Of a DNA stretch of 64,000 nucleotides, positions 37,730-51,292 are shown one piece after another (the stretch's first letter is position 1; every line of letters begins with the position of its first letter). A program made the position numbers and the translations under genes. The notes beneath the pieces are model-generated. The model saw only the letters and a program-made list of their open reading frames with translations, was not told the origin of the DNA and searched no databases. The stretch lies in NCBI RefSeq assembly GCF_028641065.1, contig NC_073387.1:26164001-26228000 (forward strand), given 5' to 3'. This DNA comes from Leucoraja erinacea. Lineage: Eukaryota.

Positions 37730-38026
37730 CAAGTGCGGAACGGTAGAGTTGCTGCCTTACAGCACAAGAGACCCGGGTGCGATCCTGACTACGGGTGCTC
37801 TCTATGGAATTTTTTTGTTCTCCCCTTGACCTGCGTCGGTTTTCTCTGAGATCTTCGGTTAACTCCCACACTCAAGGTGTACAGGTTTGTATGTTAATTG
37901 GGAATGGTCAAAATTATAAATTGCTCCTACTGTACGTGATAGTGTTAATGTGCGGGGATCGCTGTACGGTATAGACGCGGTGAGCCAAAGGGCCGGTTTT
38001 TGCACTGTATCTCTAAACTAAACTAA
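37730..38026 (+). mobile_element. tRNA-derived V-SINE (HE1-like)
   Basis: A/B-box-like head (cggtagagttgctgccttacagc...ccgggtgcgatcctg), central gttctcccc..gacctgcgt..gtttt core, (taaac)n tail. Confidence 0.8.
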
Positions 38027-38653
38027 TTCACTGACTTTCTTGTGCCCTTGCCCCTGTCTCTGGCTCCGATTACACCAACGGATATGGAGGACATCCACTC
38101 TCAGCAACCTTCCCCCCTCATCCCCCCTCCTATGCTGTCTTGGGCAAGCAGAGGCCACCAGTTGTCTATGTAAGTGTTAACATTTACATTCAAAAATAGA
38201 TTTTCGATTAAAAAATATGTTTAATTTAGATGCCTTTACTGTTGATTTTGTTTTTTCTGTATGAAAGATTGATGGGCCCATGCTCTCAGATCTTGTCCAT
38301 CGTGGACCTTCTGTGGACCAATGAGCCTAACCTGGCCAATCTGCGCACTGACAGTTGCCTTCTTGCCCGAAGAGATCCAGAGCATTTCCAATGTTCCCTC
38401 GCCATTCCAACAAAGCCTCTGGTAAGAGCTACCAAAAAGAGTATTTTATTCCTCACTGACAGTCTTTTTAAAAATTACCAGAAAAAAACATACTCCCCAA
38501 GTCTGCCATTTACATGTATTTTGTCTTGATATCCTATTTCTCTATTTGTAGTGCTTCGTAACAAAAGATGCAAAGTTTGGGCTGAAAATTGAGCCTCAGG
38601 CTGGGTAGAAAGTTTCACACAACTTAACACAACATGGTTTATGTGAAACAATT

Positions 38654-38753
38654 NNNNNNNNNNNNNNNNNNNNNNNNNNNNNNNNNNNNNNNNNNNNNNN
38701 NNNNNNNNNNNNNNNNNNNNNNNNNNNNNNNNNNNNNNNNNNNNNNNNNNNNN
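38654..38753. other. Assembly gap (100 N)
   Basis: N run at the right edge of the mosaic locus. Confidence 1.
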
Positions 38754-39424
38754 ACTGTTGCTGCTGCAGCCCCTTCCCCTGGGGTGTGTGCATAAGTAAT
38801 AACAGCAGAATTTGGCCATTCGGCCCATCATGTCTCACGGGTCGACGGTCGATAGTTGACGAGAGCGTGGAGGGTCGCCAAGAGGGGAGGGAAGGACAAT
38901 GGAGGACGCGGCGTGGGGGACTGCCGGGGGGGCTGGGGGGGGGGGGGGGGGGGGGGGGGGGGAGGGGGGGAGAAGAACAATAGACATTGGGGAGGAAGAG
39001 GAAGGGAGAACAAAGGACAATGGGGACCTGGCGTGGGAGGACCGCTGTGAGGGGGGAGGAACAAAATGAGCCGGCGTACTTTGTAACTTTGCCAGTGTCA
39101 TAAGTGGCTGCTATTTGTATAAATTAGGAAAATAAGCAAAGAATTTTACTGTCTTGTGACATGACAATAAAGTGTTCCATTCCGTTCAAAGTCTACTCTG
39201 CCATTCAATTATGGCTGATCTATCTTTCCCATTTAACCCAATTCTCCTCCCTTCTTCCCATAACCCCTGTCACTCTGACTCGAGCACCAGCTATGCCACA
39301 GGGGGTGGAAACCAAGACCCCTCGATGATACCTTGTGCCCGCCATGCCCTTTTACACAGTTTCCAAATGTTTATGATGAACACAGCCATGAATAAGCAGC
39401 TGTAAAACATTTAAAAATAAATGG

Positions 39425-39675
39425 ACAGCACAATAGCCCAATTGGTAGGGTTGCTGCTTTACAGTGCCAGAGACCCAGGTTTGATCCAGGCTATGGGTGC
39501 TGTCTACGGAGTTTGTACGTTCTCACTGTGATCACATGAGTTTTCTCCAGGTGCTCCAGTTTTCTCCCACATCCCAAACACGTGCAGATTTGTAGGTTAA
39601 TTGGGTTCGGTAAATATTCCCTAGTGTGTAGGATAGAACTAGTGTACGGGTAATACGGACTAGTGTGCCGTACAC
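39425..39675 (+). mobile_element. V-SINE (HE1-like)
   Basis: Homologous to 37730-38026. Confidence 0.75.
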
Positions 39676-40809
39676 ATATTGGAGTACACATTGCACTTTT
39701 ATATTATCTGACAAAATGGGTAATCCAATGGGTTGGCTCGCTCCACTTTCTGAAGCAGGAAAGTTGTGAAAAGGACTAGTGACTTGTTGCTGTGTCTGTC
39801 AGGTGTGGCTCAGCAGGGAGTGCTCTTGTTTGTGGGTTATAAGACTACAGGTTCACATCCCACTCCAGAGACTTTCCTAATAAACAAATTATAGAAAATT
39901 ATAGTATATAGACAACTGCTTCAATGGGGCAAAAGTGGGTTAGGGGCCAGAGAGTTTGGATATTAACACAAGGACCTTATGAGGAGGCATAGCGGATCCC
40001 GTGGCATGAATTTTCAGCGGACATTATCTCCCATTACTGTGGCCAATATTTATCTTTCAATCCGTACCATCGAATCTGATAGCTATTGTCATATTGCTAT
40101 GAGCTTCCTGTGCACAAGGTAGGTATTTCCTAACTTAAAACAGGGAGATGCAACAAAACTTCCACCACCAATCACACATTCCCTCCCTTTGCCTTTCAGT
40201 ATTTTGAACATCGATCCCTTCTCAACACTCTGGTCCACTCTCCCACTCTCCTGAATTCTATTTCCCATTATAGAAACAAGAAACTGCAGATGCTGGTGTA
40301 CAAAAAAAGACACAAAGTGCTGGATTAACTCAGCAGTTCAAGCACCATCCCTGGTGACTATGGATGTGAAGTTTTGGGTCAGGACTGTTCTTCAGATTGA
40401 TGTGACCCTTCTTCGGTCTGAAGAAGGATCCCAACCTGAATCATAGCCTTCATATTTTCAACATTCCTCCCCTCCCCACTTTCTCTGCAATTGAGACTAA
40501 TTTGCATTCTCTTTTTCTCAGTTCTAATAAAGTCAAATCAATTTGAGTTTATTCTCTTATGCACAAGTACAGTGTGGCACAGTTGCAATGACAATCTCGT
40601 TTGAAGCAGTGTCAGAGGCATAGGCTCAATTCACATATATGATTTAAATTATACTTAAATTATCCAACATGGCGAAAACAGAAAGACTGCAAAAAACATG
40701 ATATTTTGCAAAATACCACAAGAAACAAAAGTAAGTCCATAGTCGTGCAAGTGGTGTCCATCGTATTCGGTTTCCAAGTTAGGATTAGGTTTGTCCCAGA
40801 AACCGACAA

Positions 40810-41045
40810 GAGATCCCCACACACGAGCTCTATCCTACTATGGATAATTTACAACGACACCGAAGCCAATTTACAAACCTGCACGTCTTTGGAGCGTGGT
40901 TGGAAACCAGAGCACCAGGAGAAAACTCACGCAGGTCATGGGGAGAAAGTACAAACCCTGTACAGACAGCACTCACAGTCAGGATTGTACCCAGGTCTCC
41001 AGCGCTGGAATGCAGCAATTCTACCACTGCGCCACTGTGCCGCAC
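40810..41045 (-). mobile_element. V-SINE (HE1-like)
   Basis: Reverse complement of the same SINE (ctaccactgcgccactgtgcc at the head). Confidence 0.75.
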
Positions 41046-41772
41046 AGCATGGTCTGTATAACAGAGTGCCCATTTTCAAGTTAAATGGAGAAAATCCTTT
41101 ATGTGGCATAGATTTGTAGAGAATCACTAGACCAGAAGGGTTGAAAATGCATCTCAAGTGGAAAGAAACATTACATTTCCGTCATACGTATTTTGTTTGT
41201 CAATTTCCTAAATCTCTGGCAGCCTATTAATCCCTGGGTTTTTTTCTGGACAACTATGATGACCATTTTGTGAGCAGTCCCACAAAGAGCAGTGAAATGA
41301 ATAATTTTAAATGCAAAAATGATAAATATAACAAGGACAGCAGGAAACCTCTGCTCTAAGGGACACCAAAGCCTCTCTTCCACACTTAGTAGAAGAGGGT
41401 CTGAGTTCGATGTTTCATTCAACACCGAGCTGAGGTGGTACCCTGTTGGAGATGGCATTTTCAAGACGAGGGAAGAACAGAAAATACATAAGCAACTTCA
41501 CAGATTAATTCTGGTGTAAACTTCTACATTTCTAAATTAATGGCAATGCAATATATCTCCCTGTTTACTCAGTTTAACACAGCAGGGTGTGCAGATTTGT
41601 GGCAGATTTTAGGTGTTAGTATAGTCTTCTGCATGGTCATAATCTCCATCCATCTATGAACCTTTTCCATATTTTACCTTCCTGGTGGTGGGGTTAGAAG
41701 TGTTAAAACTGAATTTCATTTGTTTTAAAGCTAAATGGCGGATATCAGCACATAGACTGGGCAGCTAAGGCT

Positions 41773-41969
41773 TATTTATTTATTTATTTATTTATTTTAT
41801 TATGTATTTCCAACAGAATAAAAGAATAAAAAGCAAGTGTGAAACAGCATAAAAAAAACAAAACAAAAATATTTATAAAGTGTCATAAACAATATCTATC
41901 AATAAATGAAATCATATGTGTCCGAAAAGGAGCAGGAAGAAGCCAAAGCTTATTAATTCCCACCCCTTA
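41773..41969 (-). mobile_element. 3' end of the same L2/Crack-type LINE family as 19290-20228
   Basis: Reverse complement of ~20040-20220, with (ttta)n tail and flanking taaggct duplication. Confidence 0.8.
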
Positions 41970-44489
41970 TAAGGCTAAAAGGTTGTGCAATTACTGAGGG
42001 GTGTGGTGGTGAGGTCCCATTCAGTCTCCCCTTCATGCCTCATTGCACAGCAAGGATTACCTTGTGGGAAGTTGTTCATGGGATTTTCCATACTCTGCAT
42101 CATTGTTATTCATCTCAAACCCTGGTCCCATAACTATGTATCTGATATCATACCCACCTCTGTTAGCTTTTAAATTCATTCCAGGCTTCAGGGCAGAAGA
42201 GTGATGCCCAGAACAGCAGAATACTGCTTCATAATTGGGCATCCAGAGTCAGGGGCACATTGCAACAAAAGGACCCACTCAAGACTGAGATGAGAAGAAA
42301 TTATTTCCACCAAAAGGTGGTGAATCCTTGGTATTCATTTTCCAAGAATTGGGTTGGAATAGCTGAAATGGTTGAATTCAATGTTAAATCTTGCAGCTGT
42401 GATGTGCCCCGTTGGAAGAAGTGATGAAGTGCCCTGATCTTTTGTTGGGCTTTGCTGAGACAGTGAAGGAGGACAATGACAGAGTGGAAAAGGGGATTTA
42501 AGTAAGTAATTTTTATTTATATAGCACATTTAAATCAACTCGCGTTGAAACCAAAGTGCTGTACATAAATTAAATTGGGTTTCCATACATCCACACAAAA
42601 TAAAGAAGAAAAGACGCAACACACTATAGAATTTAACATGAACGTCCCCCCACAGCAGGATCAACATTTTCCACCGTGAGGGAAGGCAATAAAAAGTTCA
42701 GCGACAGGCAAATGAAAACTGATGGACATCTCCGTCGACTGATTCTGCAAAGTGGTTATCGATTCCTGAATTTAGTTTTCCTACTGTACAGGTGATCACT
42801 TTATGTGCCTTGATTGGAAGGAACTGAATTAGAAGAGGCACTAGTGTATCTCTGCTTCTGCTGGACGGAATGTTGTATTTGCTGGATATTGAGAAGGTAA
42901 GTAAATGGGCAAGTGGTGTATCTCCTCTAGCTGAAGATGCTGTCACAGTAAATCTTATTCAGTCCTTCCCGGTCTCAACACCATCACAGTCATCCCCTTT
43001 GCCCTCCCCATCCCACCCATACTCAGGAACATTGAACACACTTGATTTCTGACTTTTTAACTTAATCGAGTCCCGATGAGTGGTCATCTCCCCATAGAAA
43101 CTGAATGAACTGCTGAATACTTTTAGTTTCTATTTCAGATTTCTAGCTACAGTACAGTAGATTTATAAGAAAAGCTTTGAAATTATTTACAGTCCAATTA
43201 AATCTATAATTTGGGTGGCCGTGTAACCTGGTTAAGCTGTGTTAAAATGACTGGTTTGAGACCTGAAAGTAGCAGGAAATTATTCAACACATGCTGGACA
43301 GAACCTGTTGGTTCAACACTGGCACTGCCGAGAAGAGGGAGACACAGAGAAAATACTCCCACCACTTCTCTCTGTGAGTCGAATTTCCTGTTTTCTGTGG
43401 TAAGTAATATTTCTTCATTGAGTAATATATTGTCGATCTTCTGTATACAGTTACAGTCAATATACACTGCAGAAGCTTGCAGGTTAATTCATTTTAACAT
43501 CTATAAATTTATGACGTTGACTTTGAAGCATTGACCTGTTTGTGTGAGAAGCATTTCCCAACTTTATTTCAGTGAAGGTAAATTAGCTTATAGTTTTTCT
43601 AATTTAATTTGGGAACAATGTCACTCATATCCTATGATGTTGAATCACTAACAGATTCGCTAAACGCTGCACTCAAAATGCATTGGGCATTGGACCAAAA
43701 CTTTAAGGAACAGGAGCTAGATCATCACTGCAGCAAAATGGCACCATGTTGAAATTTACAAGCACATATTCTAAATCCAGTGCCTAAAGTTGCAACAAAG
43801 AAACGTTTGGAGATAAATGAGTGGCTCCTTTCTATGTACTGTTGTGGGTTATCATGAGGGAGAAGTGGCATGGAAGAGGGAATTGACAGTTTTATTTTTG
43901 CTCGTTAATTTGAGAAATGAAACTGGAAGGAAATGACAGGCTTGAGAAATTTAGTGAGTCAGATTTAAACCAACAACAAACCTTCTCCATGCAACACATT
44001 AGACATACTGCATGTCCATTTATTTCATTGACAGTAATAACTATTCTTTTAGTTACAATTCTGATTTCAGCATTGAATTATTATGTTGTGAACAAAGAAC
44101 TGTCTTTAAGTATGCTCTGACAATCTTCAAGAACTTGGCTGATCTTTTCCCTCAGCTCCATTTTCCCACCCTGCCCATATATCTTTGTCTTCAAAACTCT
44201 ACCAATCTCTGCTTTGAATGAACTCGACAACTAGGATTCTCTGCAGCCCTCTGAATAGTGAATTTGAATGAGTCAGTGAGTGAAGAAATTTCACTTCCAA
44301 ACAGACCTTGAATGGCCTACTGCAATATAGACAGAAAAATGCTGTAAAGATACAGCTCAGGTAAGTTCAGTAGAAAGATTAACAGAGTTAACTTCAAGTC
44401 AAAGACCCTCCATCAGAAATTATCTCATTTTTTTGCAACTAATTCTGGACTCTTCCCCAGAGAAACATTTTTTCAGCACCCACACTTCA

Positions 44490-44962
44490 CAAGGTTAATT
44501 CCCGGGATGGCGGGACTGTCATATGCTGAGAGAATGGAGCGGCTGGGCTTGTATACTCTGAAATTTAGAAGGATGAGAGCGAATCTTATTGAAACATATA
44601 AGATTATTAAGGGTTTGGACACGCTAGCGACAGGAAACATGTTCCCGATGTTGGGGGAGTCAAGAACCAGGGGCCACAGTTTAAGAATAAGGGGTAAGCC
44701 ATTTAGAATGGAGATGAGGAAACACCTTTTCACACAGAGAGTTGTGGGTCTGTGGAATTCTCTGCCGGTGAGGGTGGTGGAGGCCGGTTCTCTGGATACT
44801 TTCAAGAGAGAGCTAGATAGGGCTCTTGAAGATAACGGAGTCAGGGGATATGGGGAGAAGGCAGGAACGGGGAATTGATTGTGGATGATCAGCCATGATC
44901 ACATTTACTGAAGGTGCTGGCTTTAAGGGCCAAATGGCCTACTCCTGCACCTATTGTCTATT
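44490..44962 (+). mobile_element. CR1 LINE 3' fragment
   Basis: ORF 44507-44878 (GLSYAERMERLGLY...TRGHSLRI) plus 3'UTR. Confidence 0.95.
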
Positions 44963-45009
44963 GAGACCTACATGAATTTTTCATGTTTCATTCTTCTAAT
45001 CTAGAGAGA

Positions 45010-45555
45010 ATACAGTCTTGGTCCTCCTAATCTGAGGAAAGACATTCTTGCCATAGAGGGAGTACAGAGAAGGTTCACCAGTGATTCCTGGGATGTCAGG
45101 ACTTTCATATGAAGAAAGACTGGATAGACTTGGTTTGTACTCGCTAGAATTTAGAAGATTGAGGGGGGATCTTATAGAACCTTACAAAATTCTTAAGTGG
45201 TTGGACAGGCTTGATGCAGGAAGATTGTTCCCGATGTTGGGGAAGTCCAGAACAAGGGGTCACAGTTTAAGGATAAGGGGGAAATCTTTTAGGACCGAGA
45301 TGAGGAAAACCTTTTTCACACAGAGAGTGGTGAATCTCTGGAATTCTCTGCCGCAGAAGGTAGTTGAGTCCAGTTCATTGGCTATATTTAAGAGGGAGTT
45401 AGATGTGGTCCTTGTTGCTAAATGGATCAGGGGGTATGGAGAGAAGGCAGGAACAGGATACTGAGTTGGATGATCAGCCATGATCATATTGAATGGCGGT
45501 GCAGGCTCAAAGGGCCGAATGGCCTACTCCTGCACCTATTTTCTATGTTTCTATG
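45010..45555 (+). mobile_element. CR1 LINE 3' fragment
   Basis: ORF 45081-45464 plus 3'UTR and ttctatgt tail. Confidence 0.95.
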
Positions 45556-45689
45556 TTTATAATATCTCCTCATACATCATAGTTCCAGGAACCAATGTTG
45601 TGATTATTGATTGCATTGTCACTTTCGTGGGTCATGTTGGAAATTTTGAAAATTATATGGAAGATGTATAGTTTGTAATGTATTTAACC

Positions 45690-45905
45690 CAAGACTACGG
45701 GTGCTTTCTGTACGGAGTGACCGGGGGATTTTCTCCGAGATCTTCGGTTTCCTCCCACACTCCAAAGATGTACAGGTATGTAGGTTAATTGGCTTGGTGT
45801 ATGTGTAAAATTGTCCCAAGATTGTGGGTTAGTGTTAATTTGCGGGGATTGCTTGTCGGTGTGGACTTGGTGGGCTGAAGGGTCTGTTTCCTAAACTAAA
45901 CAAAA
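45690..45905 (+). mobile_element. V-SINE, 5'-truncated
   Basis: Same core as 37730-38026. Confidence 0.7.
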
Positions 45906-46139
45906 CGTAAGGATGTTAGTGAGGCAATAAATAGATTTATCATGGTGTTTATGTTCCACACCACAGCTAGTTTAGGTAAAATAAACATTGGTGTTGTTAG
46001 ACAAATGAGAGAGTGGTTTTGTAAATAGCAGGGAACATAAGGTTAAAGATAACTCTATGGAAAGACAAAGATGAAAGGTTACAGAGACATTGATCAATTA
46101 TGAATTATTTCAAAAATATAGCTTCCACAAGTAACCATT

Positions 46140-46500
46140 GTCTCATGAGGTCATCTGGGAAGAGGTACAGGAGCATTAGCTGCAAAACCAGCAGGATGCT
46201 CCTCAGCTTCTTCCCACAGGCTATAAGACTGCTAAATGGACTTTGCCCCCTGCCAAGTATCGCGCACAAACCCCCACACTGCAGCAGAGCCACTGTTGTG
46301 CCGCTGCCGGTCGGAACGCCTGCTGAATGTTTAGTAGAGTGTTAAATTTGTTCATGATACATGTATTTTTTTTATTTCTATTTATTTTTCATGCACACTG
46401 AATGGACACTGGTTGAGCAACGTTTTTTTTGTTTCCTCTGGGTATGCGAATACTCAGGAAATGACAATAAAGATATACAATACAATACAATACAATACAA
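46140..46500 (+). mobile_element. Rex1/Babar LINE 3' end
   Basis: SGKRYRSISCKTSR...SFFPQAIRLLN; (caata)n tail. Confidence 0.8.
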
Positions 46501-48919
46501 TGAGAATATAAAAATGCTGTGGGTACTGTGAATCACTGAAACATTTTGAATTCTCTCAGATTGTTTCGCAGTGTGCATTATTAAGCTTTCAATAAACCAA
46601 ATTATTTGAGAAATTACCACTCTTCTAGGAGATATTTTATTTGTGTCTCCTTCTATCTGAGCAGGGCCCCAAGCAAAGCCAGATCCAGGGTACATGTATA
46701 AAGCAAATATTTCCTCCTACAGCAGGTATGTAATTCTATAATATATAGAAAACCAAACACACACATAATGGTCTTGTGTAGTCTTACCAAGGTTCTCTAT
46801 CACTAAAGTTCCCACTGCCCTCCCGCCTGCGGCCAACACCAACTTGAAGCCGCAGTCTCCGGTGGGGAGGCACCGATTCAGGACTTATCTGGACTTACCT
46901 TGTCTGAACATCTGGACGCCCACAGCGGCGACTGCGGAGGGTTGAGGTCCTGACCACGGGGGAAAATGGAGGAGGACTGGCCAATTTTTGTGCCTTCCAC
47001 GATAGTGATGAATGCTGTGGTGGATGTTTGTGTACATTTTTATTGTGTATTGTGTGTTCTTTTTTTATTGTACCGCTGCTGGCAAATTCATTTCACTTGC
47101 ACTTTATGTGCAAGTGACAAATAAAACTTGACTTGACTTGACCCCCCCTTCCACCGTCTGGGGAAAGGTGCGTCCCTGACACCAGTCCAGCTAACACCCT
47201 GCCATTAGTTAACAAAGTGCTTCCTTCAGTCTGTGCGAAACCTGTTGATAGTTTGTTCCTATTTCCCTCTGTCCTTTAGTCAAAATTTACCAATTGTAAC
47301 AGCCTGGATTAGACAAGGTCTCTATTTTGTTAAGAAACTGTTTGTGAGGAGTTTGGTTATTCTGAAATCAAGCTGAGCTCACTGAAACATGGACACTCTG
47401 TCAGGAGGTTGACAGGGTAGAAACTATATTAATATTTTTCCTGGTGGGTGGGATTGCTATGAACTAGAGGTGATACGTTCTAAATAAATGGTTGGCCATT
47501 CAGGATCAACTTGAGAAGGAACTTCTTCGCCCAATTTGGAAGTTTGTTCCCAGGATGTCTGGGTATTAGATTCGTTGTGATGTGCAAACTGTTTGGAGGT
47601 GGAAGTTTTTGTGGACTTGCTAGTTGTAAGGGTCTGCATGGAAGTGTACAAAAACTAAATCTACAAGGTATTAAGGTAAATGTAGGTATCCACAGAGATG
47701 AATTATGTCTGCTATGTTTGGAGAGTGGTATTAAATGGCAAGAGAATTATCCCAGATATGAGTAAGTTAACATATGTTGAGCGTTTGACAGCACTGGGCC
47801 TCTACTCGCTGGAGTTTAGACCTCACTGGATCTTACTGAATATTGAAAGGCCTGGATAGGGTTGATGTGGAGACGATGTTTCCACTAGTGAGAGAGTCTA
47901 GGACCAGAGGTCATAGCCTCAGAATCAAAGAAGGTTCCTTTCGGAAAAAGATGCATAGGAATTTATTTAGTCAGAGGGCGGTGAATCTGTGGAATTCATT
48001 GCCACAGAAGGCTGTGGGGCAGGTCAATTGATATTTTTACATCAGAGATAGGTAGATTCTTGATTAGTGCAGGTCAAGGGTTATGGGGAGAAGCAGGAGA
48101 ATGGGGTTAAGAGGAAAAGATAGATCAGCCATGATTAAATGGTAGAGTAGACGTGATGGGCCGAATGGCCTAATTCTGCTTCTATCACTTATGAAATGTT
48201 TGTTCATGTGAACACAAGGCTTTCTTTTTGACCCCAGCAATGTGACAATGACACCGACGTAAGAAGCCATTGTGTAACAGACAAGTTTATTCTAGTGGGG
48301 CCATGGGTGGCTTCAACAGATATTTTAAGTGTAAATATAAGGGGAAATATTAATTAACTACTTCATAGTGATGAACCTGAACTTTCCACCAACAAAGCAG
48401 TCCTGTTGTTCATCTTCATTTTAATGAGTAAGAATGTACTCCTCCACATATTTCCTTACTCAGTCAGTGACAATCACTGGGTATTTGTGCGGGTCCATTG
48501 CTGAGTCCAGTTTACCAACTACAAATAGTTGTGATGTCACTCCACTGCCTCCCCTGACCAGTTCTATAAAATCCTCTCAGACAGAGCAATCCCCGTCAGT
48601 CACTGCCTATACGCGGGAAGCAGGAACACAGGCAGATAGTCTGATTTTCCAAAGTACGGGCAAGAGTTGGTGCGATAGGTATTTCTGCTATTCCTATGTC
48701 ACCTTCCAGATCACCACCCAGTGCAGTGTGCAAATGAAAACCCAGCATCACTCTGCTGCTGATTTAGAAGTTTTATTTTTGTTGACGTGATGTGGAGAAA
48801 GTGTTGCCAACTGTGAATGAATCCTGTTGATCTTTCCCAAAACTCCTCCTCATCTCCCTTTGCTTCCCTGTATTGTGATCCCCGTGATCAGCCCCACATC
48901 ACATTTCCCAGCTTGACAT

Positions 48920-49147
48920 AGAAACATAGAAAGTAGGTGCGAGAGCAGACCACCAGGTCCATCGAGCCCGCACCGCCATTCGCTCATGGCTGAACACTAA
49001 ACAGACACACTTACCCACAAACAGTAGACACAAGACACAGAACACAAGACACTACCCTCCCCTTTATACCGCTATCACCCCTCTCCACCCCAAGAACCTC
49101 GTGATCTCCTGGGGGAGGCAAAAAACCGGATAAAAACCCAGGTCCAA
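48920..49147 (-). mobile_element. Short retroposon with CR1-type 3' tail
   Basis: (tttctatg)n tail on the - strand, ttgaca duplication on both sides, empty site ccagcttgacaag at ~55951. Confidence 0.75.
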
Positions 49148-49359
49148 TTGACAAGCTGTTTCGCATCAAAGGAAACTGAATGGCTCTCAAAACTAAATCC
49201 ACAGTTTTGTTCTGCAGTCTCTTTGGACTCCTTCAAATTATCGTTGTGGATCATTTACTTCTCCCAATCCTCACACTTTTGATTACTTCCCCAATTTCTC
49301 ACTCATCTCACACCACTTATTCCTCACACCTATCTGCCGTTCATCTCCCAATCATCTCC

Positions 49360-49790
49360 CAGTGATGAAAGCGAATGGTATGTTAGCATTCATAGCAAAA
49401 GGATTTGAGTATTGGAGCAGGGGGGTTCTACTGCAGTTGTACAGGGTCTTGGTGAGACCACACCTGGAGAAGTCGTACAGTTTTGGCCTCTTAGTCTGAG
49501 GAAGGACATTCTTGCAATAGAGGGAGTAAAGAGAAGGTTCACCAGACTGATTCCTGGGATGTCAGGACTTTCATATGAAGAAAGACTGGATAGAATTGGC
49601 TTGCACTCGCTAGAATTTAGAAGATTGAGGAGGGATCTTATAGAAATTTACAAAATTCTTAAGGGGTTGGACAGGTTAGATGCAGGAAGATTTTTCCCGA
49701 TGTTGGGGAAGTCCAGAACAAGGGGTCACAGTTTAAGGATAAAGGGGAAATCTTTTAGGACTGAGACGAGAAAAACATTTTTTACACAGT
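49360..49790 (+). mobile_element. CR1 LINE RT C-terminal fragment
   Basis: RKDILAIEGV.RRFTRLIPGMSGLSYEERL. Confidence 0.9.
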
Positions 49791-49894
49791 GGGGGTGGAG
49801 GGTGGGGATGAAGTGCACCATGTACATGATACACCCACTTTCATATCCAAGCGGACCTGGGTCTGACCCCAACACAGGGTTCAGTCATGGAACA

Positions 49895-50530
49895 TAGAGC
49901 ATGTAACAGGTCAGCACAATGTCTGTGCCAAACATGATGCCAAGACCAACCCTTGTCAACTTGCACATAAATCATATCCCTCCATCCCCTGTATATCCAT
50001 ATGCCTATCCGAAAGTCTCTTAAATACCACTAGCATATCTGCTTCAACCATTACCTTCAACAGCACATTCCAGGTGCTCACCATCTTTGTGTAAAAAACT
50101 TGCCCTGCAAATCTCCTTTAAAGTTTGCCCTTCTCACCTTAAAACTATGCCCTGCAGTATTTGATTTTACCGTCCTGGGATAGAGATTCTGACCATCCAC
50201 CCTATCTACACCTCATAATTGTCGATACTTCTATCATCTCTACCTGCAATCTCCAGTGTTGCACAGCAAACAATCCAAGTTTGCCCAACCTCTCCCAGCA
50301 GCTAATACCTCCTGATCAAGGCATCATTCTGGTAAACCTCCTCTGCCCCCTTTCCAAAGCCTCCACGTCCCTCCTGTCACAGGGACAACCAGAAATGCAC
50401 ACAATACTCTAAATGCAGCCCAGCCAAAGTTTTGTAAAGCAACATCTTATACGCTTAACTCTTATACTCAATGCCCCAACCTATGAAAACAAGCATAGCA
50501 TATGCCTTCTTTACCACTCTATCCACTTAT
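49895..50530 (-). mobile_element. Older, diverged CR1 LINE 3' fragment
   Basis: Degenerate reverse-complement CR1 3' region (cattctggtaaacctcctctg, tatgccttctttaccactctatccac). Confidence 0.7.
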
Positions 50531-51292
50531 ATTACTATTTCTAGTGTCATGGTTATAACAGCAGCCCGGGATAAACCAGTTTTGGGGCTCACATTATTCC
50601 AGTTTAGAGACTCCAGTGTTGTGCAGGGTGTGCAGAATGAAACCATTAGTGCAGCCTGGAGTGATAATAGAAACAAACGGGGATGTGGCCTTACCAACGG
50701 AGCCAATCCCTTGCCTGGGATCAACGCTCCAACTGCAGATTTCACAATCGAGGAGCTCGCACCAGCTCCGACCCGTGGTCAGATGGCCCGTCGCGGGGGA
50801 GCTGAGATCCCCCAATGCAGGAGCTTGATTGCCCCGACGCGAAGGGCTCGACCACTCGGTACGGGAGCCAAGATCATCCCGTCAACGGTAGGCTCGAGGC
50901 CCCCAACTGCAGGAGAACAAAGAAGCGGAAGAGATTTAACATTTTTTCACCTTCCATCACATTGAGGAATGTTTATCACTATGGTGGATGTTTATGTTAA
51001 AATGTATTTTGTGTGTTCTGTTGCTTTTTATTGGTATGACTGTATGGAAAATGAAATTCCTCATATGTTGCAAAACATACTTGGCTAATAAAGTATGCTT
51101 ATGAAAATGCTAGAAATATTATCTCAGTCTCCCGGAGACAGACACAAAATTCCCGGAAACTCTCGTTTTCTCTCCATTTCATCGCCTTCTCTTCACAAAT
51201 AAAATATTAAAAAGTGGCACTAAATCCCAGGACTCAGGTGGAGCAGTGACCCAGCCAATTGGCACCGTTTCCACCCCTGCTACTGCACTAGA

